Of a stretch of 64,000 bases of DNA, positions 43,281 to 56,115 are shown one piece after another. The stretch covers positions 1,116,001 through 1,180,000 of the forward strand of contig JABVCE010000004.1 of assembly GCA_014905635.1 (NCBI GenBank), given 5' to 3'. Under the pieces are notes generated by a model. That model had not been told where the DNA came from. It saw only the letters and a list, made by a program, of their open reading frames with translations, and did not search any database. How positions within the stretch are numbered: the stretch's first letter is position 1; the number at the start of each line of letters is the position of its first letter. The DNA comes from Scenedesmus sp. PABB004. Lineage: Eukaryota. The position numbers and the translations under genes are program-made.

Positions 43281-45514
43281 TCAGCTGCTCGCCGCGAGCG
43301 CCTTGTCCGTGGCGGGCTTGACGAACAGGTAGTGACCCACCTGCGGCACGCGCGGCAGCGTCAGAAACGCGCCGAAATGCGCGCGTTGGCACCGCGACGA
43401 CCGGCGCGCGCCGGCGGGCGCGGCGGCGGCGGCAGCGGCGCGCGGGACGCACGCCCCACTCCTCGCCGCGGTTGAATGCGAAGAGCTCGCTGCAGGCGAG
43501 GTAGAAGAGGCGCCAGTAGACAAACCACTTGAGCGCCGCCTCGCGCCCGTACGTCTGCGCCCGCGCCCGCGCCGCGCGCGCGCGGGCGGGCGGGCGGCGG
43601 GGCTCGCTCGGGGGCGCGTGCGCGCGCGCACGCGCGTGCGGAGCGCCGCCGCAGGCCCTGGCCGCGGGTGCGGCTGCGGCTGCGGGCGCGGCTGCGGCGC
43701 GCGCCTTGGCGAATATGGGCATGATCGCCTTGCGCTGGCGGTCCTGGTTGGCCAGCCACGCCTCGCACGTCGCGCTGCGCGGGCGGGCGGGCGGGCGGGC
43801 GGCGGCGCGTGGGCGCCGCGCCGCGCACGCCGCGCACGCGCGTCGCGCCCACGCGCGCGCGCGCACCTGTAGTTTGCGCCGTTGACCCACCACTGCTGCT
43901 GCAGCGTGAGGTGGGCCTGGAAGTAGAGCAGCAGGTCGAGGGAGGGCATCGTGCCGCCGCTGAAAAAGTAGCGCGCCATGAAGTCGCTCTCATCACGCAC
44001 CTGGCGCGGGCGGTGTGTTGGGTGCGCGCGGGGGAGCGAGCGCGGCGGGGGCGAGCGTGTGCGCGTGAGCGTGTGTGGGTGGGTGTGTGGGTGGGTGTGG
44101 GGAGGGAGGCGAGAGGGAGCGTCAGCGGCGAGCCGGGCGCGGCGAGCTGGGCGGCGGCGGGTGCGACGGCAAAAGCGGCGCGCCTCGAAGTGGTACGGGC
44201 AGGCCTTGTGGCAGAAGATGTGGACGAAGAGCGCGCCGCCGGGGCGCAGCCAGCTCGCGACGCGGCGCAGCAGCTCGGCGTAGTTCTTCATGTGCTCAAA
44301 CATCTCGATGCTCACGATGCGGTCGTACGTGCCCGGCGCCTGGGGCCGCGACGCGACGCGACGCGACGCGAGCGCGGTGCGGGAGTGGCGCGGTGTGGGC
44401 GCGGTGTGGGCGGGGTCGGCCCGGCGCGCCTTGGCGCGGCCGCGCCGCGCGCCGGCGCGCCGCGCGCCTCGGCGCTCTTCCGGCGCTCTTCCAGCGCCGC
44501 GCCCGCTGGGCACGCTGGGCCCGCCGGGCCGCGCCGCGCACCTGGAAGTCGACCACGTCTGCGGTGATGACCGTGAGGTTGGTCAGCTCCAGCTCGCGCG
44601 CGCGACGCGTGATGAACTCGCGCTGTGTGCTGCTGTTGCTCACGCTCGTGATGGCGCTCCCCGGGTACGCGGCCGCCATGAAGAGGCTCAGGCTGCCCCA
44701 GCCGCAGCCGAGCTCCAGCACCGCCTGCCCGTCCGAGAGGCGCGCGCGCGCGCAGTACAGCGCTGCGCGGCGGGCGCGGCGGCGGACGCGCGTCGGCGGG
44801 CGCGCGGCGCGCGCCGCTGCGCCGCAACGGCACCCCGTCGCGCGGCGGGCGCGCGCGCACCGAGCATGTTGCGCTCCGCCGTGTCGAGCGAGTCTGCGGG
44901 GGAGTTGTAGAGGCAGCAGCTGTACTTTAGGTGGCGGCCCAGGACCATCTGGAAGTACTCGGTCGGCACCTGGCCGGGGCGCCGGGCAGCTGCCGCGTTG
45001 GACGCCGGGAGGGAGCGGCCGCATGCGCGCGGCCGGCCCGCCGCCGCCGCGCCGCGCGCGCTGCCGGCGGCCCACCTCGTAGTGCTGCTCGTTCGCGGCG
45101 GCCGTCTGCACCGCGACGGGCATGCACTTGAGGTCCTGCACAAACGCGATCTTGCGCTCGAGCTGCTGCTCCAGGCTGCCCGCCATCTGGGCGACGCGGC
45201 GGCGGCGCACGCGCGCGGCGGCGGGCGGCGGCGCGCCGAGCGGTCGGCGGCCGCCCGCGCGGGCAGGCGTGCCCGTAGCGCGTGGCGCGCCGCGCTCGGT
45301 TGCGGGCGGCGGCAGGCGGCCGCACCGACGCGAGGCGGACGCGCAGGAGCATGCGGATGCCGGCGCGCAGCACGCAGTCCGGCACGACGTTCAGCTCCAC
45401 CACACGCAGCGCGCCGCGCATGGCCGCGTCCAGCGCCGCGCCGACGCCGAGCAGGTCATACAGCCATGTCAGCAGGCGCGCCAGCACCGCACTCGCGTGG
45501 TGCTGGAGGCCCAT
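43281..45514 (-). CDS. SAM-dependent methyltransferase, cyclopropane-fatty-acyl synthase / coclaurine N-methyltransferase-like family
   Basis: [79 protein letters not shown] at 43194-43190. Confidence 0.9.
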
Positions 45515-45783
45515 CGCGGCGGCGCACGGCGTGGCAGCAGCGGCGGCGCTGCGCCGGCCTGCGCGGTGGCCGCCCCGCTCAGCGGTGGCGCTTGGGGTGG
45601 AGGCGCGGACGCGCTGTGCCGATCACCAGCACGCACGCGGGGGTGGGTCTTTTCCTCGCTCGGCAGGCAGGCGGGCAGTGCTGGGGCTCTGCTGCTTCGC
45701 CGCCGTGCGGAGCCGGGATCGCGCGCGCGGGCCTGCCGCCTCGCACACGCGCGGCACACATCGCGCCTCGCGCTCCAGGCGCC

Positions 45784-48146
45784 ATGGCGGTGCTGCTGGA
45801 GACGTCCAAAGGCGACCTGGTGGTCGACCTCTTCGTTGATGAGGCGCCCACGGCCTGCAAGAACTTCCTGAAGCTCTGCAAGTGCGCCGGGAGCGACGGC
45901 CATTGCCCGCGCTGCCGCACGCGGGCGGGCGGTGGGCCGGTGGCCGCGGCGTGGCGGCCGCCGCCGAGCCCGCTGTTGCGCTCGCTCACGTGCCCCTCGC
46001 GCGGCGGCGCCGCCGTCAGGATCAAGTATTACAACAACTGCCTCTTTCACAATGTGCAGCGCAACTTCATCGCGCAGACGGGCGATCCCAGCGGCACCGG
46101 CAAGGGCGGCGACTCGGTGTTCGGGTGCGCGCCGGGCAGCGGCGGGCAGCGGGGCGCTGGCAACTGCAGCGGCAGCGGTTGGGAGCAGCAGCAGAAGCAT
46201 CAACAGCAGCACCAGCAGTCGCAGCAGCAGCGGTCGCCCGCGCGGCTCACGCCCCCCACCGCACCCGCACCGCACCCGCTCCGCGCACGCCGCTGCCGCC
46301 GGCGCGCCGCGCAGGCTCATGTACGGCGGTCAGGCGCGGTTCTTCGACGACGAGATCACGCCCAAGCGCAAGCACGAGGCGCGCGGCTGTGTGGGCATGG
46401 CGAGCGCGGGGCCGGGGCTGAACGCGAGCCAGTTCTACATCACCCTCGGAGACGCGCTCGACTCGCTCGACGAGCGCCACACGCTCTTCGGCCGCGTGAG
46501 CGAGGGGCTCGACGTGCTCGAGGCCCTCAACGAAGCCCCCGTCGACGGCGCCGGCCGGCCGTTGCAAAACATACGGTGCGCGGCGGCGGCGGCGCCGGCG
46601 GCGGCGGCGGCAGCGGCGGGCCTGCAGCGGGCGCGCTGGCGCGCGCGGCTCACGGCCCTGCGCCCGCCCGCCGCAGCATCCGGCACACCATCCTGCTGGA
46701 CGACCCCTTTGACGACCCGCCCCAGCTCGCCGACCTGGTGCCCGACGCGTCGCCGCCGCCGACGTTTGAGCACGTGCGTGCCTGCGTGCCTGCGCGCCCG
46801 CCGCGCGCATGCGCGGCGCCCGCGCTCGCTCTGCCGGGGCGCCCACGCGCCGCGCCGCCGCCGCGCCGCCGCCGCGCGCAGGGCGACCGCCTGGAGGAGG
46901 ACTGGGTGCCGGCCGAGGACGCGCGCCCCGAGGAGGAGGTCGAGGCGGAGGCGCGCAAGGCAGAGGCGGCCAACCGCGCTGTCGTGCTGGAGATGATCGG
47001 CGACCTACCCGAGGCGGACGCCAAGCCGCCGAGCAACATGCTCTTCGTGTGCAAGCTCAACCCGGTCACCACGGAGGAGGACCTGGAGATCATCTTTGGC
47101 CGGTGAGCAGAGAGACACGCCGCGCCGCCGCGCCGCCGCGCCGCCGCTCGCGCCGCGGCCCGCGCCGCACGCCGTGGGCCGCGCGCGGCCTCACCCGCGG
47201 CCCCACCCCGGCTCCGCCGCACCGCACGTCGCAGCTTTGGCACGGTGACGAGCTGCGACATCATCCGTGACTTCAAGACCGGCGACAGCCTCTGCTACGG
47301 CTTTGTCGGCTTTGACGGCGAGCCCGCGTGCGAGGCGGCGTACTTCAAGATGAACAACGTCCTCGTCGACGACCGACGCATCAAGGTCGACTTCAGCCAG
47401 AGCGTCAGCCACATCTGGCGCCAGTTCAAGCGCGCCGGCAAGGCCGGCGGCGACGCGCGGCTCGCGCTCGACGCCGGCGGCGGCCCCGGCGGCGGCGGCG
47501 GGGGCCGCACGAGCGCGGCGGCGGGCGTGGCGGCCCCGGCGGCGGCCCTGACGGCGGGCGCGGCCCCGGCGGGCACGGCGGCGGGCGCGGCGGCGGGTAC
47601 GACGGCCGCGGCGGCGGGTACGACGGCCGCAGCGGCGGCGACCGTGGGAGCGGCGACCGCGGCGGCGGGCTGCTGTTCGACCACCACCACCGCCAGCCGC
47701 CGCAGCACCTGCCCGCGCCGGCGCCGGCGCCGCCGCGCAACGGGCACGGTGGCGGCGACCGGCGGCGCTGGGAGGACGCGGCGCCGCCGGTGCCGCGCAG
47801 CGCCGGCGGCGGCACGCACAGCCGCAGCCGGGGGCGCAGCCGGAGCCGCAGCAGGAGCCGCAGCCGCAGCAGGAAGCACAAGGAGCACAAGAAGGAGAAG
47901 AAGGAGCGCAGCGGCCGCAAGGAGCGCAGCAGGAGCCGCAGCCCGGCGCGGCGGGGCGAGGCGGAGCGCCACGGCGGCGACCGGCGGCGCCACGACAGCC
48001 GCGAGCGCGGCGGCGACGAGCAGCGGCGGCGGCAGGAGCGCGAACTGGAGCGGCCGCGGGAGCGCTCGCGCGAGCGGCGGCGCTCGCGGTCGGCGGAGCG
48101 GCGGCGCTCGCGGTCGCGCGAGCGCGGCCGCAGCGGGCGGGACTGA
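45784..48146 (+). CDS. CYP59: Cyclophilin-RRM-RS protein (CYP59/PPIL4/Rct1)
   Basis: [94 protein letters not shown]. The RGG/RS tail is in another frame, needing a 1-nt correction at about 47500. Confidence 0.92.
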
Positions 48147-48404
48147 GCTGGCAGCGGCGCGGGGTTTTGCTGACCGCCTGCTTTCCGCGTCCCGCGCCGT
48201 GCAACCATCCTGCGTGCTGTTCGTCCCTGCTGACACAGCAGCAGCAGCACCACCACCACCGTTGCCGCGCTCGCCGCCGTGCACGCCCCGTGCCGCTGCT
48301 GCCGAGTCGCCGCCAGCCCCAGGCCAGAGCCCGGCGCTGCTGCGTGCTGATGATACCGCGCAGCTCGTGATAGCCCTCGCCCGTCGTGGGGGCCGCCCGC
48401 CGCG

Positions 48405-51400
48405 ATGCGGGCGGCGGCGGCAGCGGCGCAGCAGCGGCGCGCCGCCGGCGCCGACGCCGGCGCTGCCGGGGCCCGCCAGACCGTGCTGGCGCGCCGCAGC
48501 GGCGCGCGTGGGCGCTGTGCGATTGTTGCTCGCGGCGTGCGCAAGGCCAAGCAGGGAGTGCCGCGGCGGGAGCTGCAGCAGGCGGCGAAGCACGAGTACC
48601 TCAAGCAGTTCTACGAGGTGCGCGCCGCCAGCGCGGCCAGGGGCTCTCGGCGGCGCCATGCATCGACTCCGCGCGCTGCGCGCCATGCGGCGGGCCGCGG
48701 CGCCGCCGCCGACCGCACCGCTGCCGCCGCCCGGCGCCTCGCCGCCCGCCGCGCGCTGCTGCTGCTGCGCCCCGCCGCCGCCGCGCCACACAGAGCGCGG
48801 ACCGGGTGGAGGCTGACCACCTGGTGTACGAGCTCAAGCCCGCCAGCCCGCGCCTGCGCGCGGAGCAGGACGCGGCGGCCGCGGCGGCGCTCGCGGGCCG
48901 CGGCCTCGCGGCGCGCATCCCCGCCATCGCCTCCTGGGCGGAGCTGGACGCCTTCCTGGAGGCCCACGGCGCCGCGGCGCACTTTGGCGCGCTCACCGCG
49001 CTCGCCGGCCGCGCGGCGGCGCTGGCCGGCGCGCGCGGCGCGGCGCCGCCGCCGGACGGGCTGCTGCCGCGCCTCGGCGCGGCGCTGCTGGGCGCGTCGA
49101 GCTGGTTCCAGGCATCCCACTTTGCCGCCGTCGCGGACGCGATGCGCGCCTGCGGGCTGGCCGACGCCGCGTTCTGGGACGAGCTCGCGGCCGCGGCGGA
49201 GCACAAGGTCGGCGCCTTAAGCTTCCCCCAGCTCACGACCGTCCTCTGCGCGCTCGCGACCGTGGGGTGAGCGAGCGAGCGCCCCCGCGGCGGCGCCGGG
49301 GGCGGGCGCTGACAACGAGCGGGGCGCGGTTACGGCGGCCGCGGCCGTGCGCGCGGCGGCGCTGAGCGCCCCGTCCGCCGCCGCCGCCGCCGCCGCTGGC
49401 GCAGCTTCACGCCGCCGCTTGAGTGGGTGGAGCGGAGCTACCGGCAGGCGGCGAAGCACCTGCACGCGGCCGACCCGCGTGACGTGTGCGGCGTGATGTG
49501 GGCGTGGGGCGAGATGGGCTACACGCCGCGCGACCGGCTCTTCATCAACCAGGCACGGCCCCAGCGGGACGGGGCGAGGCTGCGGGGGCGCGCTGGGGCC
49601 TGAGCGCAGCGCGGCTGACCGTCCAGCCGCGCCGCACGCCGCGCCGCGCCGCTGCGCGCCGCAGGTCAAGATCATCACGCGCCGCGCGTTTGACGCGGGG
49701 CGGCTCAGCGGGCCGCAGCTCGCGCGCCTCGCGCACGGCCTCGCCCGCATGCCCCGCTACGCGCCCAACGCCGGCTGGCTCGCGGCGCTCGCGCGCCAGG
49801 CGGCGCGGCGGCTGGACGAGCTGGCGCCGGGTGCGCGCACTCGCGCGACCCCGGGGCCGGGCGGGCTGGGGCCAAGCGTGCGTTGCGCACGAGGTTGCCC
49901 CCGACCCGGCTCCCGACTGCGCCGCCGCCGCCGCACTCGCGCGCAGAGACGGTGGTGGACCTGCTGCTCTCGCTGCTGGCGCTAGGGTTTCAGCCGACGG
50001 AGGCCTGGACGGCCGCCGCGCTGGGCCGCGTGGCGCAAGGCTTTGGCAGCGCCGGCGACGGCGACGGCAACGACGCCGTGCTGCTGCTGGAGCTGCCCGA
50101 CCCGCTGCGCACGCAGCAGGGGCCCGCCGGCGTCCAGGCGCCGGGGCTGCTCGCCGACGGCGCAGCGGCCGGGGACGCGCCGAACGGGGCGGGGCCGCGG
50201 GAGCTCGCGCAGCTGGCGCAGCTGTTTGACGACGCGGCCGAGGCAGAGGCACTGGGCGAGGGCGAGGCAGACGGCGAGGCGGCGGCTGCAGCGGCAGCCG
50301 CCGCGGCAGAGAGCGGCCAGCCCCTGTCGCAGCCGGCGCAGGCGGGCGCCGGCGACGGCCCTGCGCAGCCGGACGAGCAGCCGCCGCTGTCGGCGGAGCA
50401 GCTGGGCGTGCTGTGCTGGTGCCTCGGCCGCCTCTCGCGGCTCTCGCCGCCGCACGGCTGGACGGCGGCGCTGGCGCGCGAGCTGCTGCGCCAGTGCGGG
50501 TCGGCGCCGGCGGAGGTCGTCGTGGACGTGCTGCTGGGCCTCGTCGCCACGCGCCGCCTGCCCGTGGGCGCGCTGCAGGCGGCGCTGCTGGCGCGCGCGC
50601 TGGAGCTTGTGCCCTCGATGGGTGCGGAGCAGCTGCGGCGGCTGTGCATCGCGCTCGCAGACCTGGAGGGGGGGCTCAAGGCGGCGGCGGCTGCAGACGC
50701 AGCCGCCGCGAGCCAGCAGCAGCGGGCCCCCGAGCCGGCGCCGGCGCCAGTGGCGGCGGCGCAGGCCGGCGGCGGCGGCGGCAGCGCCGCGGCGCGCGGC
50801 GGCGCGCGGCGGCGCAGCAGGTGCGGGGGCAGGAGCGAGGCGCGCGACGGCGGCGGCGATGCGGCGGGCTCGGCCGCGGCGGCCGGCGGCGCCGCAGCCT
50901 GGCTGGCCGCGTTCCGCGAGCAGCACAAGGCCGCGCTGGCGGAGGCGGTCACGCACCGGCAGGGCATCATCCTCTGGCAGAGCAGCACGGCGCAGCTCGC
51001 GGACGTGCTGGCGTTTGTGGCCGCCTCGGGGCTCAAGCCCAGCGCCGAGTTTCTGGCCACGGGCGTCGGCCGCGCGGTGGACAAGCTGCCGGCCGGCGCG
51101 CCCGCGCCCGCGGTCGTGACGCTGCTCTGGGCGCTCGCGCGGCTCGGGTTCAAGCCTCACCCCGCGCTGCTGCACGCGCTGCTCGCGGCGCTGCAGCGCG
51201 GCCTGCACCTGCTCAGCAGCCGGCAGCTCGCCGACGCGGGCTGGGCGCTGTGCACGCTGAAGCACCGCCCGGGCGCTGCGTGGCTGGGCGTGTACATGCA
51301 GCAGGTCGCGTCCAAGGCGGGGCTCATGGAGCAGCAGGCCCTCACCGACACGCTCTGGGCACTCGCCTGCTTTGCCGCGCAGCCCGACCGCGAGTGGCTC

Positions 51401-51595
51401 AAGCGCGCGGCCGGCGCCGCGGCGCGCGCCGGCCTGAGCCGCCGCAACGCCGCGGTCGTGGTGTGGGCGCTGCAGCAGCTCGGCTTTGACGCGCTCGTGC
51501 GCGGCGGCGCGGAGCCCGGCGGCGAGCTCGAGGGCGCGGTGTCGGCGCTCGCGGCGCTCGTGGCGCAGCCCGAGGCAGGCGCGGCGGGCGCGTGA
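48405..51595 (+). CDS. Octotricopeptide-repeat (OPR)-like helical repeat protein, probably an organellar RNA factor
   Basis: Repeats such as [41 protein letters not shown] and CWCLGRL...PPHGW at about 38-aa spacing. Transit-like N-terminus. Confidence 0.75.
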
Positions 51596-51666
51596 GCCGC
51601 TGGCAACCCGCGTGCTTGACTGTTGCCGTCCCGTCCCGCACCGACGGCCAGCCCGCGCGCGCCGCC

Positions 51667-52514
51667 TCACAGCAGGCCGTCCAGGTCGACATCGCCGCCC
51701 AGCAGCTCGTCCAGCAGCGACGCGCCGGGCGGGCGCAGCGCCGAGCCCGGCCGCGCGCCCCCGCCCCAGGCGGCTGCCGCGGGCGGCCGCGCGCGCTTGG
51801 CCAGCGGCTCGTCCGCGCAGCCGCCGCCGCCCCCGGGCGGCTGCCGCGGGGCGCCCCGCGGCGCGGCGCCGCGCCCCGGGCCCAGCTGGGCCGGCGGCAG
51901 CTGGCTGCCAAAGATGGCCGCCACCACGTCCTGCGCGCCGTCGTCATCGCCCAGCTGCGTCGCCGCCACACTCTGCGGGAACGCGTCGCACCCGGCCTGG
52001 CTGTCCGGCGGCGCCGGCTCGCCCCAGCCGCCCTGCGTGCCTGCCGCGCCCCACGCCGGCGCCTGCCGCGGGCGCGTCTGGCACGGCGGCGCGCCCGCTG
52101 GGCCGCCGAAGCCGCCGCCGCCGCTGGAGCCCGAGCCGCCGCTGCCGCCCCCCGAGTGCGCGCCGCTGCACTGCGCGAGATCGTCCAGCAGGCTGCTCAG
52201 GCCGCCGCCGCCCCCCAGCTGCGACCGCCCCTCGCAGCGCTGCTGCGGCGGCTGGCGCTGGTGCAGCTGCTGCAGCGGGATCCGGAAGGTGGACGGCTGC
52301 ACCACGCGCGGCGGCGGCGGGGGCATCGTGCCACCGGGACCGCCGCCGTCGCCGCCGGCCACGGGCGTGCGCAGCTGCGTGCCTGGACCAGGCAGCCGGG
52401 CCTGCCCGCCGCCAACGGCAGGGCTGACCTCGCCCTGCTGCTCCAGCAGCGGCTGCTGCGGTCGGTGCAGCTGCGAGCTGCCGCCGGGCCACTGCTGCTG
52501 GCTGCGGCTGGGCC

Positions 52515-52555
<41 letters not shown>

Positions 52556-53931
52556 GACGGTGGCGCCCGGCCCCCCAGGATGGTTGAGACGTCGGGGCTG
52601 GGCGGCGGCAGCGGCAACGCCCGGCTGCTGCCCGACAGCCCCTGCGCGTGGCCGCCGTGCAGAGGCGCCGGCGGCTGCCGGCGCTGCGTGGCGCCTGGCC
52701 CCGCCGGCTGATGGCTCTGGCCGCCGCCCGGGCGGCCGACGAGGCCCGGCTGCTGCTGCTGCTGCTTCCCCGGGCGCTGCGCCGGCTGCTGGTGCTGCGT
52801 TGGCCGCTGCGTGCGCTGCGGCGCCTGCGTCGGCGCCCACGGCCGCTGCGTCGCCGGCTGGGCGGCCAGCTCCTGCGCGCTGCGCACGAGCTCGGAGCGC
52901 CCGTCCGCCGCCCACACCGTGACGAGGTTGGGCGGCGTGATTGCGAGATAGGCACAGCCAGGGGCGGGCGTGAAGACCGACACCTCGCGCAGCAGCAGCA
53001 CGCAGCCCGGGCCCAGCGCCGCGGCCTGCGCCACCACGGAGCAGTGCAGCGCGGCGCCCACGCTGCCGGTCGGGTCCTGCGGGGCGCGCCGGAGGCGGGG
53101 GGGGGGGGGTCGCGGCGCTGCGCTGCGCGGGGGAGCCGCGGCGGCGCGGGGGCGGTGCGGCGTCTGCCGCAGCTGCAGCCCGCCCGGAGGCCCCGCGCCC
53201 TGCGCCGCGCCTTTAGCTTGACAAAGGCGCTGCCCGACCCGGACGGCGCGTAGGAGGCGGCCATGGCCAGCATCTGCCCGGGCAGCGAGGCAGGCGGGGA
53301 GGCGGCCGGCGGGGAGTCGGCGGTGGTGGTGCTCACGCGCGTGCTGCCGCCCGCGCGCTGCCGCGCCGCCGTCGCCGCCGCCGCCGCCGCCGTGGCTCAC
53401 CAGCGGCACCTTGCCCAGCCCGATCTGCTTGGCCTGCGCGATGGTGTGCAGCCGGCCCGCCTGGCCGCCTGCGGGCGGCAGCGTCGGCGCGCGCGCGCGT
53501 GGGCCGGCGGGGCGCGGCGCCGACGCGCCGCGGGTTTGCTTGCGCCCGCGCCCGCGCCCGCGCCCGCGGCCCCGCGCCGCCGCACCGCTCGCGCCGCGCG
53601 CCTCTTCCCGCGCGGCCGCGGCGCGCGCGTGCGTCCAGACCGCGGCCTGGAAGGACGGGTCGTGCCCGCGCGGCTGCGCGTGCGTGTTGCCGCCCGCGGG
53701 CTCGCGCAGGCCGAGCACCTCGGGCGTCGCCGTGTGCAGCGCGCCCGCCGCGGCCAGCGCCTGCAGCTTGCCCGCAGGGCCGGGCAGCGTGCGCGCGACC
53801 TGCCGCAGACGGCGGGCGGGCGAGCGGCGGTCGGCCCGCGCTCGCTGCTGGCGCTGTCGCGGGGCCCTTGCGTGCGGCCGCCGCCGCCGCCGTCCCACCT
53901 CCGGCACGTGCAGGGGCGGCTGCGTGGCCAT
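51667..53931 (-). CDS. HROB: Homologous recombination OB-fold protein (HROB/MCM8IP/C17orf53-like, DUF4539)
   Basis: LPGPAG motif. OB fold GKVPL..VKLKDPTGSVGAALH..LGPGCVLLLREVSVFTP..YLAITPPNLV. Long Q/G-rich tail. Confidence 0.8.
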
Positions 53932-54377
53932 GAAGGCGGCACACGGCGCGCTCTCGACCGGCGGCGCGCAGCAGCGGCGTGCGCAGCAGCGCCGCTGGCC
54001 GTGCACCCTCCCCACTGCGCTGGCCGGACTGCCACCCCGTGCTTCGAGGCGACGTGGGAGTGCGCCGCAGGCGCGCTGCGGGATGCGGCAGGGGCGAGTT
54101 CGCGCGCGCCGCCGCTTCGAACGCAAAAAAACGCACCGTCACGGCCGCAGCAGGGGGCACATGCATCATTGCTTACAGCTGCAGGCCCTGCGGACGCTGG
54201 CGCTGCGCCTTTCGGGACAGCGACCACCAACGCGGGTTCCCCTCGCGGGGGCGCGCTGCGGTTCTGGAACAGCTCAGTGCGGCAGCGGCGGCGGCGCTGG
54301 CCCCTGCTGCCGCTCTCAGCCACGTTGAGCAGGGGCCAGCGTGCCGGTGCTTGCAGCGCATTCCCAGCACCTCCTCC

Positions 54378-55941
54378 ATGCAGGCCCGTTCGGTCCCACA
54401 GCAGCAGCAGGCGGCGGGGCAGCGCCCGCGCGGCCGCTGCTGCCGCCGCCGCGCCGGCGCCGCAGCGCCGGCGCGAGCGGCGCGCCTGCTGTACACACTC
54501 TGCGATGCTCGGGGGCATGACATGGTGCGTGCGTGGCGCCGGCGTCGACGCGGCGGCGACAGGCTGCGGCTGACCACGCCGCCGATCGCCGCGCGCAGGC
54601 GGGCCACCCGGAGACGGCGGGCCGCATCGCCGCGATCGCCGACGCGCTGCACGCGGCGGGCCTGGCGGCGGGCGACCCCGACGTCGAGCGGCTGACCCCC
54701 CCGTCGGCGCGCGGGGGGCGCGAGTGCGAGCGCGTGGCGGCGGCGCTGTCGCGCGTGCACCCGCCGGCCTACATCCGCCGCCTGCAGGAGATCTGCGCGG
54801 GCCTGCAGGCGGGTGTGGCGGGCGGCCGCGCCGCGCACGCGCGCGACCTGCGCGCGGCGGTCGCCCATGCTGCCGCTCCTCGCGCGCGCGCGCAGGGCCC
54901 GGCAATGGTCGACGACGCCACATACATCGCCCCTGGTTCGTTTGACGCCGCCTGCGACGCCGCGGCCGCCGTGCTGTGCCTGCTCGACCCCGTGCTCGCC
55001 GGCGGCGGGCCCGGCGGCGGGCGCGGCCCCGCCGGCTTCGCGCTCGTGCGGCCGCCCGGGCACCACGTCGGCGCGGCGCGGCCGCAGGGCTTCGGCCTGG
55101 TCAACCTGGTCGCCGTGGCGGCACGCGCCGCGCAGGCGCAGGGCGCCGCGCGCGTGCTGCTGGTCGACGTGGACGTTCACCATGGGAACGGCAGTGAGGC
55201 GCTGTTCTACGACGACCCCTCCGTCCTCTACGTCAGCATGCACCAGGCCGGCCTCTGGCCCTACACCGGTGCGCGCTGCTGCCGCGCGCGCGCGGCGCAG
55301 CACTCGCGCCGGCGCCGGCGCCGGCGCCGGCCGCTGCCGCTGAGGCCGCGCCGCCATCCCGGGCCCGCGCCGGCCAGGGAAGCTCGGCGACACGGGCGCC
55401 GGCGTGGGGCGCGGCGCGACCATCAACCTTCCGCTCCCGGGCGGCGCGGGGCACACCGCGGCGGCGCGCGCGTTTGAGACGGTCGTCGCCCCCGCCGCCC
55501 GGCGTTTTGCGCCCGACCTCATCCTCGTCAGCGCGGGTGCGCGCGCCCGCGCGCGCCCCACGCCCCAGCCCCAGCGGCGGCGCGCCGCCGTCGGCGCCGC
55601 TGAGCGCGCGGGGTGGGCGGGGTGTGGGGGCTGGCCGCCCTCCAGGCTTTGACGCGCACGTGCTCGACCCCCTGGCTTCGTGTTCATTCGAGGACGCCAC
55701 GTACCACATGCTCTTTGCCGGCCTGGCGGCCCTCGCGGACGAGATGTGCGACGGGCGGCTGCTCGCTGTGCTGGAGGGCGGCTACCACACGCCCTCGCTG
55801 GGCGGCGCGGTCGCCGACGCGTTTCGCGGCATCCTCGCCCGCCCGCCGCGGCCCGGCGGCGGCGCGTGGCGGCCAGCGGAGGAGCCCCTGGACAAGGTCG
55901 ACGCGCTGCTGGCCGACGCGCGCCGCCTGCACGGGCTGTGA
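54378..55941 (+). CDS. HDA14: Class II histone/lysine deacetylase, HDA14-like (probably plastid-targeted)
   Basis: GHPE..RI, GFALVRPPGHH, DVDVHHGNG, SMHQ...PYTG, NLPLPGG, PDLILVSAGFDAHVLDPLA, LEGGY. Confidence 0.85.
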
Positions 55942-56115
55942 GCGGTCTGGGCGTCATCTCAGGTCGGCGCGCACGGCTGTAGCGGCCGGCGCCGCCGCGA
56001 CCCGCGTCCTCGCCGAGCATTTGTCTCGTTCCTGCAGCTCTGTCGCCGCTTCGGGGAGCTGCCCGGCCCGCGGCGAGCGCGGAGCGCGACGAGCTCGGGC
56101 CCGCGCGCGGCCAGG

